Shown: piece after piece, positions 1-9,653 of the stretch
Layout of the letters: each line of letters starts with the position of its first letter
Position numbering within the stretch: the stretch's first letter is position 1
Assembly: GCA_963805625.1 (NCBI GenBank)
Contig: CAWDVE010000017.1
Coordinates: 896,001 to 960,000 of the forward strand
DNA: 64,000 bases
Source of the DNA: an uncultured Candidatus Rokubacteria bacterium
Lineage (GTDB): Bacteria; Methylomirabilota; Methylomirabilia; Rokubacteriales; DASRDR01
Direction of reading: 5' to 3'
The notes under the pieces: generated by a model
What the model saw: only the letters and a program-made list of their open reading frames with translations
Databases searched by the model: none
What the model was told of the DNA's origin: nothing
Position numbers and translations under genes: made by a program

Positions 1-190
1 AGCCCGGGAGCGATTCGACCGGCAGGTCATCCTGCGGGTGCTCGAGCGGGTGCGATGGAACCAGTCGGAGGCGGCCCGGCTTCTCGGCCTGCACCGGAAT
101 TCGCTCAAGACCAAGCTCCTGGCCTGGGGGATCGACCCCGTGGCCCTGGCCTCCGCCGGAGGTCGACCGGACGGAGGCGGTGCACAGTAG
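1..190 (+). CDS. C-terminus (Fis-type HTH) of a probable sigma54-dependent NtrC-family activator, 5'-truncated by the window
   Basis: Manual translation of frame 2: ARERFDRQVILRVLERVRWNQSEAARLLGLHRNSLKTKLLAWGID...GAQ, stop TAG 188-190. WNQSEAARLLGLHRNSL is the typical HTH_8 of enhancer-binding proteins. Confidence 0.85.
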   Translation, partial: ARERFDRQVILRVLERVRWNQSEAARLLGLHRNSLKTKLLAWGIDPVALASAGGRPDGGGAQ

Positions 191-220
191 ACAGTGCAGG
201 GTGCACAGTCTAGTGTGCAC
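179..220. promoter_or_regulatory. Two tandem palindromic TGCAC-N8-GTGCA boxes (candidate upstream activator sites)
   Basis: ggTGCACagtagacaGTGCA (179-198) and ggTGCACagtctagtGTGCAc (200-220), 21 bp apart. They resemble the NtrC site TGCAC-N7-GTGCA. Confidence 0.7.
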
Positions 221-280
221 TGTGTCGTAAACACCTGATTCTCTGGATTGGGTCGGGGCGGTCCGCCCCCGATCCTTGAG

Positions 281-308
281 CGAGGTGCACAAGAAACAGT
301 GCACCTCG
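281..308. promoter_or_regulatory. Third TGCAC-N8-GTGCA box with 10-bp perfect arms
   Basis: cgaggtgcac-aagaaaca-gtgcacctcg; centre about 135 bp upstream of the predicted sigma54 start site. Confidence 0.75.
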
Positions 309-403
309 GCTCGGGCCCGATGTATCGAGCTTCGGGCGCGCGCGATCCTGATTTCGCCGTGCTGGCGGACACTTCCGCCCCGGAGGGGCCAGCCAATTGA
401 TCA

Positions 404-418
404 TGGCCCCAGCATTGC
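404..418 (+). promoter_or_regulatory. Sigma54 (-24/-12) promoter
   Basis: TGGCCCCAGCATTGC matches TGGCAC-N5-TTGC, with GG at 405-406 and GC at 417-418 at exact canonical spacing. Confidence 0.8.
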
Positions 419-450
419 TCCTTCCTCGTCGAGTTGTTAGGACCCACAAC

Positions 451-471
451 ACGTCCCGTTAAGCGGGACGT
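451..471 (+). other. 5'-UTR stem-loop
   Basis: acgtcccg-ttaag-cgggacgt, an 8-bp perfect stem just upstream of the AAGGAG RBS (475-480). Confidence 0.55.
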
Positions 472-487
472 ACAAAGGAGACTTTCC

Positions 488-622
488 ATGACCAAGCTCA
501 CGGCCCTTCTCGTGCTCATCGCCTCCTTTCTGTTCGTGGCCCCAGTGATCGAGTCGGGGACGCTGACCTCGGGGCCCATCTTCCAGGCGGTCGGCAACGC
601 CTCCGATGGCGGCGGCGACTAG
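488..622 (+). CDS. 44-aa small secreted-peptide-like protein (peptide A)
   Basis: AAGGAG RBS then ATG 488. MTKLTALLVLIASFLFVAPVIESGTLTSGPIFQAVGNASDGGGD has a basic N-terminus, a hydrophobic stretch and a polar tail. First ORF after the sigma54 promoter; a paralogue follows. Confidence 0.8.
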   Translation: MTKLTALLVLIASFLFVAPVIESGTLTSGPIFQAVGNASDGGGD

Positions 623-700
623 CCCCCACCCTGGAGAGAGCGATCTGGCGCAGCCAACGAACGTCACGGGTGCGTAGCTCGGCAGGTCGAGGAGGGTATC

Positions 701-838
701 ATGACGTAGACATGGACGATTATGGTCATCGTGGCGTCCTTGCCGTTCGTCGCTCTGTGGACCGAGCCGGTGACGTTGGTCTTGGAGTCCGTCTCCCAGG
801 GGGTGGACTATGCCAAGGATGGCGCCGTCGGCTGGTAG
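701..838 (+). pseudogene. Tandem paralogue of peptide A (peptide B) with an amber codon at position 3
   Basis: GGAGG RBS at 691-695, ATG 701. MT*TWTIMVIVASLPFVALWTEPVTLVLESVSQGVDYAKDGAVGW aligns without gaps to peptide A (16/44 identities by hand count). Codon 3 is AAG in A and TAG in B. Internal ATG at 722. Confidence 0.7.
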
Positions 839-855
839 CGGGTGCGCGGAATTGG

Positions 856-2496
856 ATGCGTGTCGCCGGGAGGGGACAGTGCCCGCGCGGTCGCTGGTGG
901 GTCGGCTGCATGATCCTGGGGGTGCTCTGGCTCTCTCCAGGCCTCAGGCCGGGGAAAGTCGAGGCCCAGGAGCGCGGGGTCGCCCAGCCGGGCGGAACAT
1001 ATCGGCGGCCTCTCGCAAACGACCCGGCCACGCTGGATCCCGCGCGCCAGCGTGACATCTACAGCCTTGCGGTTGGCCAGCAGCTGTTCGACGGTCTCGT
1101 CGAGTTCGACCAGACGCTCAACATCACGCCGGCGCTCGCCCAGTTCTGGATCGCCTCCCGCGATGGCCTGACCTGGACGTTCACGCTCCGGAAGGGCGTC
1201 AAGTTCCACCACGGGCGGGAGGTGACGGCGGATGACGTCGTCTACTCCTACACCCGACTACTGGATCCCCGCATCCGCTCCGGCGGGGCCGATCTGCTGA
1301 TGAACATCCAGGGGGCGACGGAGTTCCGCGAGGGTCGGGCGAAGCAGGTGGCTGGCCTCGCCGCGCCCGACCGGTACACCGTCCGGGTGACCCTGACCGA
1401 AGCACCGGTGCCCTTCGTCTCCATGTTGGCCGTGGGCCAGGCGAAAATCGTGCCGCGGGAGCTCGTCGAGGAGCGGGGGGACGCCTTCGGGAGTCAGCCG
1501 GTGGGCACGGGCCCCTTCCGGTTCGTCCGCTGGGAGCGCGGGAAGGAGATCGTGCTGGCGGCAAACGCGGACTACTTCGACGGGCCCCCGAAGCTAGCCC
1601 GGCTCATCTTCCGCATCTTCCCGGGGGAGCGCCGTGAAGGGGCGTTCGCGGAGTTCCAGAGGGGGGCTCTCGAGGACAGCTGGATCCCCACCAAGGACTA
1701 CCGCCAGATCATCGCGAGCCAGAGTTATCAGTACTTCCGCCGGCCGATCTTCAACCTCCGTCACTACGGTTTCAACACCCGCACAAAGCCGTTCGACGAT
1801 CGGCGGGTGCGCCAAGCCATCCTCTACGCGGTCGATCGGGAGGCCGTGGTCTCGGAGATCTGGCTCGGCCGGCACGCTCTCGCGCGAGGGATCCTCCCGC
1901 CCGGGACTCTCGGGTTCAATCCGAAGCTCAAAGGCTATCCGTACGACCCCGCGCGCGCGCGCGAGGTTCTCGCCGAGGCGGGCTATCCCGGGGGGCGCGG
2001 GCTCCCTCCGCTCACGATCTGGTCGAGTGTTCGCTCCGAAGAGGTCTTGCGCGAGCACGAGCAGATTCGGAAGGATCTCGAGGCCGTCGGGATCACGGCC
2101 GAGTTCCAGTACAACCCCGACTGGCCAAGCTTCTCCCGGGCGATGCAGGAGCGGAAGCTGCCGATCTTCCTCCGCGCCTGGTTTGCCGACGTCCCGGACC
2201 CCGAGAACTTCCTCGCGAAGCTGTTCCACTCCGGCAGTCCGTTCAACTACATGGGCTACAGCAGCCCGGCAGTGGACGCGCTCCTCGACAAGGCGCGGGC
2301 CGAGCCTGACATGACACGCCGGGTCGAGGTCTATCACCGCGCGGAGGAGATGATCCTGGAGGACGCACCTGTGATTCCCATCTCGCACCAGACGTACGAG
2401 CGCCTCTTCCAGCCGTATGTCAAGGGCGTGGAGGTCAGCGGCCTCGGCGACTCGTACATTCCCTTCCGGAAGGTGTGGCTCGAGCGACCGCCCTGA
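856..2496 (+). CDS. Family-5 (OppA/DppA-like) extracytoplasmic solute-binding protein, with no adjacent permease
   Basis: Motifs DPATLDP, LFDGLVEFD, WTFTLRKGVKFHHG, PVGTGPF. Start moved to ATG 856 (or 910), which precedes a signal-peptide-like segment ending VEA-Q. Confidence 0.9.
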   Translation: MRVAGRGQCPRGRWWVGCMILGVLWLSPGLRPGKVEAQERGVAQPGGTYRRPLANDPATLDPARQRDIYSLAVGQQLFDGLVEFDQTLNITPALAQFWIASRDGLTWTFTLRKGVKFHHGREVTADDVVYSYTRLLDPRIRSGGADLLMNIQGATEFREGRAKQVAGLAAPDRYTVRVTLTEAPVPFVSMLAVGQAKIVPRELVEERGDAFGSQPVGTGPFRFVRWERGKEIVLAANADYFDGPPKLARLIFRIFPGERREGAFAEFQRGALEDSWIPTKDYRQIIASQSYQYFRRPIFNLRHYGFNTRTKPFDDRRVRQAILYAVDREAVVSEIWLGRHALARGILPPGTLGFNPKLKGYPYDPARAREVLAEAGYPGGRGLPPLTIWSSVRSEEVLREHEQIRKDLEAVGITAEFQYNPDWPSFSRAMQERKLPIFLRAWFADVPDPENFLAKLFHSGSPFNYMGYSSPAVDALLDKARAEPDMTRRVEVYHRAEEMILEDAPVIPISHQTYERLFQPYVKGVEVSGLGDSYIPFRKVWLERPP

Positions 2497-2507
2497 TCGG
2501 ACGTCGG

Positions 2508-4424
2508 ATGGCTCGCCCGCTGTTCGTGTCGCTTCGCACCAAGCTCCTCATCGGCACGATCCTGATCGTCGCCGCGCTCATGGCCGCCGTGACCGTCGTC
2601 GTCGAGCATCGACAGCGGACGACCATCATCGAGGAGGTCCACCGCCGCGGCACGGCGATGGCAGAGGGTCTGGCCGGCGTTTCGGCCGGCGCGCTTCTCC
2701 TCTACAACTTCACGGCCCTCGAACAGAATGTCGTGCGCTTCGACCGCGAGACCGACGTGGTCTACGCGATGGTCCTCGACCGGTACGGCGAGGTCGTGGC
2801 GCACAGCCGGGCTCCCGGGGCCGTGGGGTCTACGCTGTCGGATCCGGTGTCCCTCCGCGCTCTCGCCGTCGCGCCCGTGCTCCAGGAAACGACCGGGCCG
2901 GACGGGGAGGCGCTCTACGACATCGCGGTGCCGATCCTGGTCGAGGGGGACCGCTGGGGTACCGTACGCATTGCCCTCTCGCGCAGACGGATGGACGCGG
3001 AGATCTCCGACACCCGGCGGGAGCTGGCGGCGCTGGCCGTGGTCGCCCTCGTGCTGGGCGGTCTGGCGACGGCGATCGTCGCACGGCGCATCGCCCGTCC
3101 GGTGCGCCAGCTGGCCGACGGCGTCGCGGCGATCGCGCGCGGGGAGCTGGACCAGCGCATCGACCCCGGCCGCTCCGACGAGCTCGGCCGGCTGGCGCTC
3201 GCCTTCAACGAGATGGCCGCGCAGCTGCGGCAGCAGCGCACGGACCTCGAGGTCGCCGCCGCGGCGCTGCACCAGCGTTTCGCGGAGCTGTCCGACCTGA
3301 AGAGCTACACCGACCACATCCTCCGGTCCTTCGTGAACGGGCTCGTGACGCTCGACCTCGACGGCCGCGTGGTCACCGTGAACGTCGCCGCGGAGACCCT
3401 CACCGGGTGCGCGGCGAGCGTGCTCACGGGCCGTCCTGCGACAGAGGTGTTCCACCACGTCCCGGAGCTTCGGGACCTGCTCCTCGAGACGCTCCGGACC
3501 CGCGTGGGCGTCCCGCAGGTCGTGCTCATGCTGCCCCGCGGCGAGGGGCGGTCGATCCCGGTGGAGGTCGCGACGACGCCGCTCCGCGGGGCGGAGGGCC
3601 AGGCTCTCGGCGTGGTGGCCATCCTCCGTGACCTGACGCCCGTCCGCCAGCTCGAGGAGCAGCTCCGCCGCTCCGACCGCCTCGCCGCGCTGGGCACGCT
3701 GGCGGCCGGGCTGGCCCACGAGATCAAGAATCCGCTCACGTCAATCATGACGTTCAGCCGGCACGTCGCCCGGCGATTCGACGACGAGCGATTCCGCCAG
3801 CGGTTCCAGAGCGTCGTCCCCCGTGAGCTGGAGCGGATCAACGCCATCGTCGACGGGCTCCTGCGCCTGGCCCGGCCCGCGCGTCTCGTGCTCGCGCCCG
3901 TGCACCTGCCGCCGCTCGTCGAGCAGGCGCTCGAGCTCTACGCGCCCCAGATCGAAGCCCGGCGCATCCGCGTGCGGCGCGAATGGTCGATCAGCGTGCC
4001 ACCGATCCCGGGCGACGCCGAGCACCTGTACCAGGCCTTCCTCAACCTCGTGGCGAACGCCATCGACGCCATGGAGGACGAGGGCGGCACGCTCACGGTG
4101 CGCCTGGGCTGGCCCCAGGCCGCCGAGGGCCTCGGCGCCGCGTTCCGCGACCGACTCGTGCTGGAGGTGATGGATACCGGCAGCGGGATCAAGCCGGAGG
4201 AGACGGCGGAGGTCTTCAACCCCTTCTTCACCACGAAGTCGGGAGGAACGGGGCTCGGGCTTGCCATCGCGCACAAGATCGTCGAGGACCACGGCGGCAC
4301 GGTGACGTTCCGCAGCACCCCCGGCCAGGGGACGGTGTTCACGGTTGCGCTCCCGATCCGGGTTGGCCGGCGCGCCGACCATCCGGCCTCCGGGGAGTGG
4401 CGGATCGGAAGTCAGGCGCCGTGA
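2508..4424 (+). CDS. Membrane sensor histidine kinase (TM - periplasmic domain - TM - HAMP - PAS - HisKA - HATPase)
   Basis: Two hydrophobic helices, HAMP (DELGRLALAFNEM), PAS, H-box LAHEIKNPL, N-box NLVANAIDAM, G boxes DTGSGI and GTGLGL. NtrB/AtoS-like. ATG 2508 lies 11 bp after the SBP stop. Confidence 0.93.
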   Translation: MARPLFVSLRTKLLIGTILIVAALMAAVTVVVEHRQRTTIIEEVHRRGTAMAEGLAGVSAGALLLYNFTALEQNVVRFDRETDVVYAMVLDRYGEVVAHSRAPGAVGSTLSDPVSLRALAVAPVLQETTGPDGEALYDIAVPILVEGDRWGTVRIALSRRRMDAEISDTRRELAALAVVALVLGGLATAIVARRIARPVRQLADGVAAIARGELDQRIDPGRSDELGRLALAFNEMAAQLRQQRTDLEVAAAALHQRFAELSDLKSYTDHILRSFVNGLVTLDLDGRVVTVNVAAETLTGCAASVLTGRPATEVFHHVPELRDLLLETLRTRVGVPQVVLMLPRGEGRSIPVEVATTPLRGAEGQALGVVAILRDLTPVRQLEEQLRRSDRLAALGTLAAGLAHEIKNPLTSIMTFSRHVARRFDDERFRQRFQSVVPRELERINAIVDGLLRLARPARLVLAPVHLPPLVEQALELYAPQIEARRIRVRREWSISVPPIPGDAEHLYQAFLNLVANAIDAMEDEGGTLTVRLGWPQAAEGLGAAFRDRLVLEVMDTGSGIKPEETAEVFNPFFTTKSGGTGLGLAIAHKIVEDHGGTVTFRSTPGQGTVFTVALPIRVGRRADHPASGEWRIGSQAP

Positions 4425-4897
4425 GCGCGCCGGCGGAACTTAGGCGGATGGGGGCCCCCGAGACGCCGCCGCCGAGGGCCGGCCAGTTCGGGGCGCGAGC
4501 CCTCCTCGTCGAGGACGAGCGGCTCGTGGGCGAGCTGCTGGCGGAGTTCCTGGCGCTCGAAGGGTACGAGGTCGACCGGGCGATGAACGGGCGCGAGGCG
4601 CTCGAGCTCGTGCGCCGCCGGGCCTATTCGCTGATCGTGAGCGACGTGCGGATGCCGGACGTGGATGGCCCGGCGCTCTACTACGAGCTCCTGGCCGTGC
4701 GTCCCGAGGTGGTGCGGCGCATGCTGTTCGTCACGGGGGACATCATGGGCGCCGCGACGCGCCGCTTCCTCGATGAGACCTGTCTCCGTTACCTGGAGAA
4801 GCCGTTCACGATCGCCGAGTTCCAGGCGGTGGTCCGGGGCGTGATGGCCGAGCCGTCGAACGCCGGGCCGCGGGAGCCCGGCGCCGCCCCGCCCTGA
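4421..4897 (+). CDS. Single-domain response regulator (receiver)
   Basis: LLVEDE, SDVRMP (phospho-Asp), FVTG, LEKPF. GTG 4421 overlaps the kinase stop (GTGA); alternative ATG at 4448. Confidence 0.85.
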   Translation: MSAPAELRRMGAPETPPPRAGQFGARALLVEDERLVGELLAEFLALEGYEVDRAMNGREALELVRRRAYSLIVSDVRMPDVDGPALYYELLAVRPEVVRRMLFVTGDIMGAATRRFLDETCLRYLEKPFTIAEFQAVVRGVMAEPSNAGPREPGAAPP

Positions 4898-4918
4898 GGC
4901 ACCGCGGTTCGCTGCAGC

Positions 4919-6592
<1,674 letters not shown>

Positions 6593-6656
6593 GGCGCCAC
6601 GTATGATACACGACCGAACGGCGCCGGGTGCGGCGGCCGACACAGGAGGGACAGCG

Positions 6657-7010
6657 GTGGCGGATCAACGGGTCCAGTTCGACTTCGAGATCGAGTTCTC
6701 CAACGGGGGCGGGCTCCGGGGGCAGGGGTTCCGGCTCGACATTGAGGGGGAGGATATCGCGGATGAGGCCCTGGCCGACTACCTCGTCCGGGACATTGCG
6801 GCACTGGTCGGGATCGACTCTCTGAATATCGACGACACCTCGGACCTTCGCCGCTCCGCGCACAGCACGCTCCTGGGCGCGGACATCCCCATCGTCGAGC
6901 ACCTCCGCGGGCTTGAGCGCCTGCCGGATGCGGGCTTCCGCTTCTTCGCCGTCCCGGTGAAGGTGATCGGGCTCGGGACTTTCCCGGTCCGCGCCTTCGC
7001 GGCGATCTGA
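6657..7010 (+). pseudogene. Cyclase/kynurenine-formamidase-family gene with a probable in-frame internal deletion
   Basis: AGGAGG RBS and GTG. N-terminal QFDFEIEFSNGGGL..GFRLDI is joined directly to the C-terminal LVGIDSLNIDD...H..LLG..IPIVEHL...PVRAFA. The central HxGTHxDxPxH metal motif is absent; only 117 aa. Confidence 0.6.
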
Positions 7011-7029
7011 GCGCCGATCGGGCGCGCAG

Positions 7030-7330
7030 CCGCCGCCTGGCTCCCCGGAGGAGGCTCTGGAGGACGCCGCCCACGTCCCCGGAGCGAACCAGGTACGCGG
7101 CCGCCCGACGCAACGGCGCGCGCCCCCCGCCGACAGCGTGGTGAGCCAGGGCTTCCCGTGCGCTGACCTGGACCTGCTCGAGAGCGTCCAAGAAGGCGCC
7201 GGGCAGGACCACGCTAGCACTCCGGAGCTGCCGAACCACCTCCCGAAGGCGAAGCACGACGTGGACCCGGGGCCGCGTCGGCAACGAGCCGCTCCCAGTC
7301 GATCGAGCCGGTCGCGGAGCGGACGATCAT
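7030..7330 (-). pseudogene. Frameshifted remnant, possibly a nucleotidyltransferase-family C-terminal region
   Basis: MIVRSATGSIDWERLVADA, then in another frame HVVLRLREVVRQLR...LPGAFLDAL. Resemblance recalled from memory only. Confidence 0.3.
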
Positions 7331-7409
7331 CGCAGTGAAGGGCTGGCGCGGTCTCCGCGGGGGCGGCAGATTCCTGCGGCGGGCCCTGGGCAGATGAAGT
7401 TGCGCCCGG

Positions 7410-8243
7410 TCACCGCTGAACGGCCGGCACCCAGGCGGCGGTGCGGCCGGCGATCGTCTCCCGGCGAATGATGTCGCCTTTCACGGTGACGCCGGGCCGC
7501 GAGCCCCAGCGCCGATGGAAGAGCCAGGCTCGCGGGTAGCGGTCGCTGTCGGCCCGCGCGCCAACCGCCCGCCGGACGACCGAGCGCAGTCGCGCGCGCA
7601 GCCGGTCGAGTTCCCGGTCGGACAGCGATCGGGCCGGACGCCGGGGCGCGATACGCGCCTGATAGAGCACCTCGTCGGCGATCCAGTTCCCGACACCCGC
7701 CGCAAACGACTGGTTGAGCAGGAGCACCTTGACCGGCGCCGCGCGTCCCCGCGCGAGCTCGCGGAACTGCGCGGTGCCCGGCAGCCCGCGGAGGGCGTCG
7801 AAGCCCAGGCCGGCAATCGGGGGCTCGGTCGCGGGATCCTGGCGAAGCCGGATCCGGCCGAGCCGCCGGCCATCGGCGATCACGAGCTCGTGGCCACCCT
7901 CGAACGTCAGACGGAGCTTGGTGAACCGAGGTGGCCATCCGGGCTCCGGGCGGCGGCCGCTCGACACGAGGCGCACCCCGCGCCGGCGCGACGTGTGGAG
8001 GCCGCCGGCCATGCCGAAGTGGATGGAGAGCCACGGCCGTCGGTCGAGCTCGAACCAGAAGTGCTTGCCGTGACGCCGCACGGCGCGGACCTGCCGCCCG
8101 AGGAGCGCGCGGCGGATCCGCGCGGGCGAAACTCGCTCGAAGACGATCGTGTCGTCCGCCACGGTGACGCCGACGATCCGGCGCCCGACCGCCACGGCGA
8201 TGGCTGCGCGGCGGGCGGTCTCGACCTCGGGCAGTTCCGGCAT
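7410..8243 (-). CDS. Fpg/Nei-family DNA glycosylase/AP lyase lacking the Cys4 zinc finger
   Basis: N-terminal PELPEVE, RHGK, HFGMAG, H2TH GVGNWIADEVLYQARI. C-terminal GRTAAWVPAVQ has no cysteines. Confidence 0.92.
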   Translation of the reverse strand: MPELPEVETARRAAIAVAVGRRIVGVTVADDTIVFERVSPARIRRALLGRQVRAVRRHGKHFWFELDRRPWLSIHFGMAGGLHTSRRRGVRLVSSGRRPEPGWPPRFTKLRLTFEGGHELVIADGRRLGRIRLRQDPATEPPIAGLGFDALRGLPGTAQFRELARGRAAPVKVLLLNQSFAAGVGNWIADEVLYQARIAPRRPARSLSDRELDRLRARLRSVVRRAVGARADSDRYPRAWLFHRRWGSRPGVTVKGDIIRRETIAGRTAAWVPAVQR

Positions 8244-8272
8244 GGGTCAGGCGCTCCGGCGCGTCACGCGGG

Positions 8273-9472
8273 TCATCCCCGAGTCGTGAGGCAGAGCATC
8301 GCCAGGGCGGCGATGGTCACGCCGACGAGGCTGATCGCGGAGAGGTAGATGACGAGATAGGAGCCGGTCCAGTCGTGGAGCGCCCCCGCGAGGAGCGGTC
8401 CGATCGCGGACCCGAGGCTATTGCCGATGCCGAGCAGCCCGAAGACGACCCCGTAGTGAGCCGGCGGGGCGATGTGCCCCACGAGCACCGCACCGATCGT
8501 GGACCGCGAGCCCATCGGGAGGAAGAGGAACAGCACGTAGGCGTAGGCCAGGAACCTGGCGGGGGACACTTCCAGGCCGAGCAGACAGCCGAGCCCGAGG
8601 ATCGTGAAGGCGAAGGACACGAACCCCGCCAGCGGGGCGCCCACGCGGTCGGCCATGAGCCCGAACAGCACGCGGCCGCCGGCTGCCAGCACGCCCCCAA
8701 TCCCGAGCAGGGTGGAGGCCGCGTCGACCGAGAACCCGCGCTCGGTCAGGTACAGGGTGTGCTGGGTGGTGGCCAGGCCTCCGAAGATGGGCGGCATCGT
8801 GAAGACCGCGAGGAGCAGCCAAAACGACCCCGAGGCGACCACCGCGCGCACCGTGGAATCGTGCGGCGCCGGGTGGGCGGGCGCCTGGCCGCCCGCAGCG
8901 CGTAGCCTGGACGGCAGCACGGCCCACGCCAGGGGAATCAGGGCGGCCACCGCGACCACGTAGGCGGCCAGAGCCGCGCGCCAGCCGAATCGCGTGATGG
9001 CCCACTGGCACGGTGGCGCCAGCCCGTAGCCGGCCATCGCCCCCGCGGCCGCGATCCCCATGGCGGCCCCGCGCCGGCGGACGTAGGCGTCGGCGAGGAG
9101 CGCGGCCTGCGTCACCATCCCGGTCAGCCCCACGCCGATCCCGGCGCCCACCCCGACGGCGAGCGTGAACAGAGGGAGGGTGCGGGCCAACGTCCCGACG
9201 CCAAACCCGAGCATGGCCGCGAGGAGCCCGAGGCTGACGACGGCGCGCGGATTCCACCGGGCGACGCCCCAGCCCGCAATGGGGCCGAGCACTGCGCCGC
9301 CGACCCAAATGAGCGTGATGGTGGAGGCCGTGGCGGCCCGGGAGCCGCCGAACTCGGCGAGGAGCGGGGGAAAGAAGACGGGGAAGGTGTTGGTGATCCC
9401 GGCCACGAGCAGCATGCAGGCGAAGGCGAGCACGAGCCGTCCGCTGACGAGGCTCTCCCAGGGTGCGGTCAC
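8273..9472 (-). CDS. MFS transporter
   Basis: 399 aa, about 12 hydrophobic segments, MFS motif-A-like GLMADRVG. Confidence 0.88.
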   Translation of the reverse strand: MTAPWESLVSGRLVLAFACMLLVAGITNTFPVFFPPLLAEFGGSRAATASTITLIWVGGAVLGPIAGWGVARWNPRAVVSLGLLAAMLGFGVGTLARTLPLFTLAVGVGAGIGVGLTGMVTQAALLADAYVRRRGAAMGIAAAGAMAGYGLAPPCQWAITRFGWRAALAAYVVAVAALIPLAWAVLPSRLRAAGGQAPAHPAPHDSTVRAVVASGSFWLLLAVFTMPPIFGGLATTQHTLYLTERGFSVDAASTLLGIGGVLAAGGRVLFGLMADRVGAPLAGFVSFAFTILGLGCLLGLEVSPARFLAYAYVLFLFLPMGSRSTIGAVLVGHIAPPAHYGVVFGLLGIGNSLGSAIGPLLAGALHDWTGSYLVIYLSAISLVGVTIAALAMLCLTTRG

Positions 9473-9514
9473 CTGGAGATTATGGCCGATTGTGGCCGGG
9501 CCGACCCGCGGCGG

Positions 9515-9543
9515 TTGACAGTGCTCGGAGCGGATCCTAGAGT
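9515..9543 (+). promoter_or_regulatory. Sigma70-type promoter
   Basis: TTGACA (9515-9520) - 17 bp - TAGAGT (9538-9543), upstream of the cyclase gene. Confidence 0.65.
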
Positions 9544-9653
9544 CGCGCCGGGACGCGGATACCTGGCAGATCGTCGCCGACCGCCACTCGGCCTTGCATC
9601 GATCTCACGCCGGGTCTCCGCACGAGACGTCACGATGGACCAGGGGAGACGCG

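Noticed and set aside
179-308. TGCAC repeats as a CRISPR mini-array
   Set aside because: Units are short palindromes with irregular spacing, no spacer-sized unique sequences and no cas genes.
363-378. Second sigma54-like motif TGGCGGACACTTCCGC
   Set aside because: GG-GC spacing is one base too long for sigma54.
646-660. Possible sigma54 promoter for peptide B (TGGCGCAGCCAACGA)
   Set aside because: The -24 half is good but the -12 GC is missing; at most a decayed site.
707-709. Pyrrolysine or programmed amber readthrough in peptide B
   Set aside because: No pyl genes in the window, and TAG is a normal stop for many genes here; a single AAG-to-TAG change is simpler.
670-855. Long N-terminal extension of the SBP ORF in the track
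   Set aside because: It overlaps peptide B in another frame and precedes the signal-peptide-like segment; a start at 856 or 910 is more plausible.
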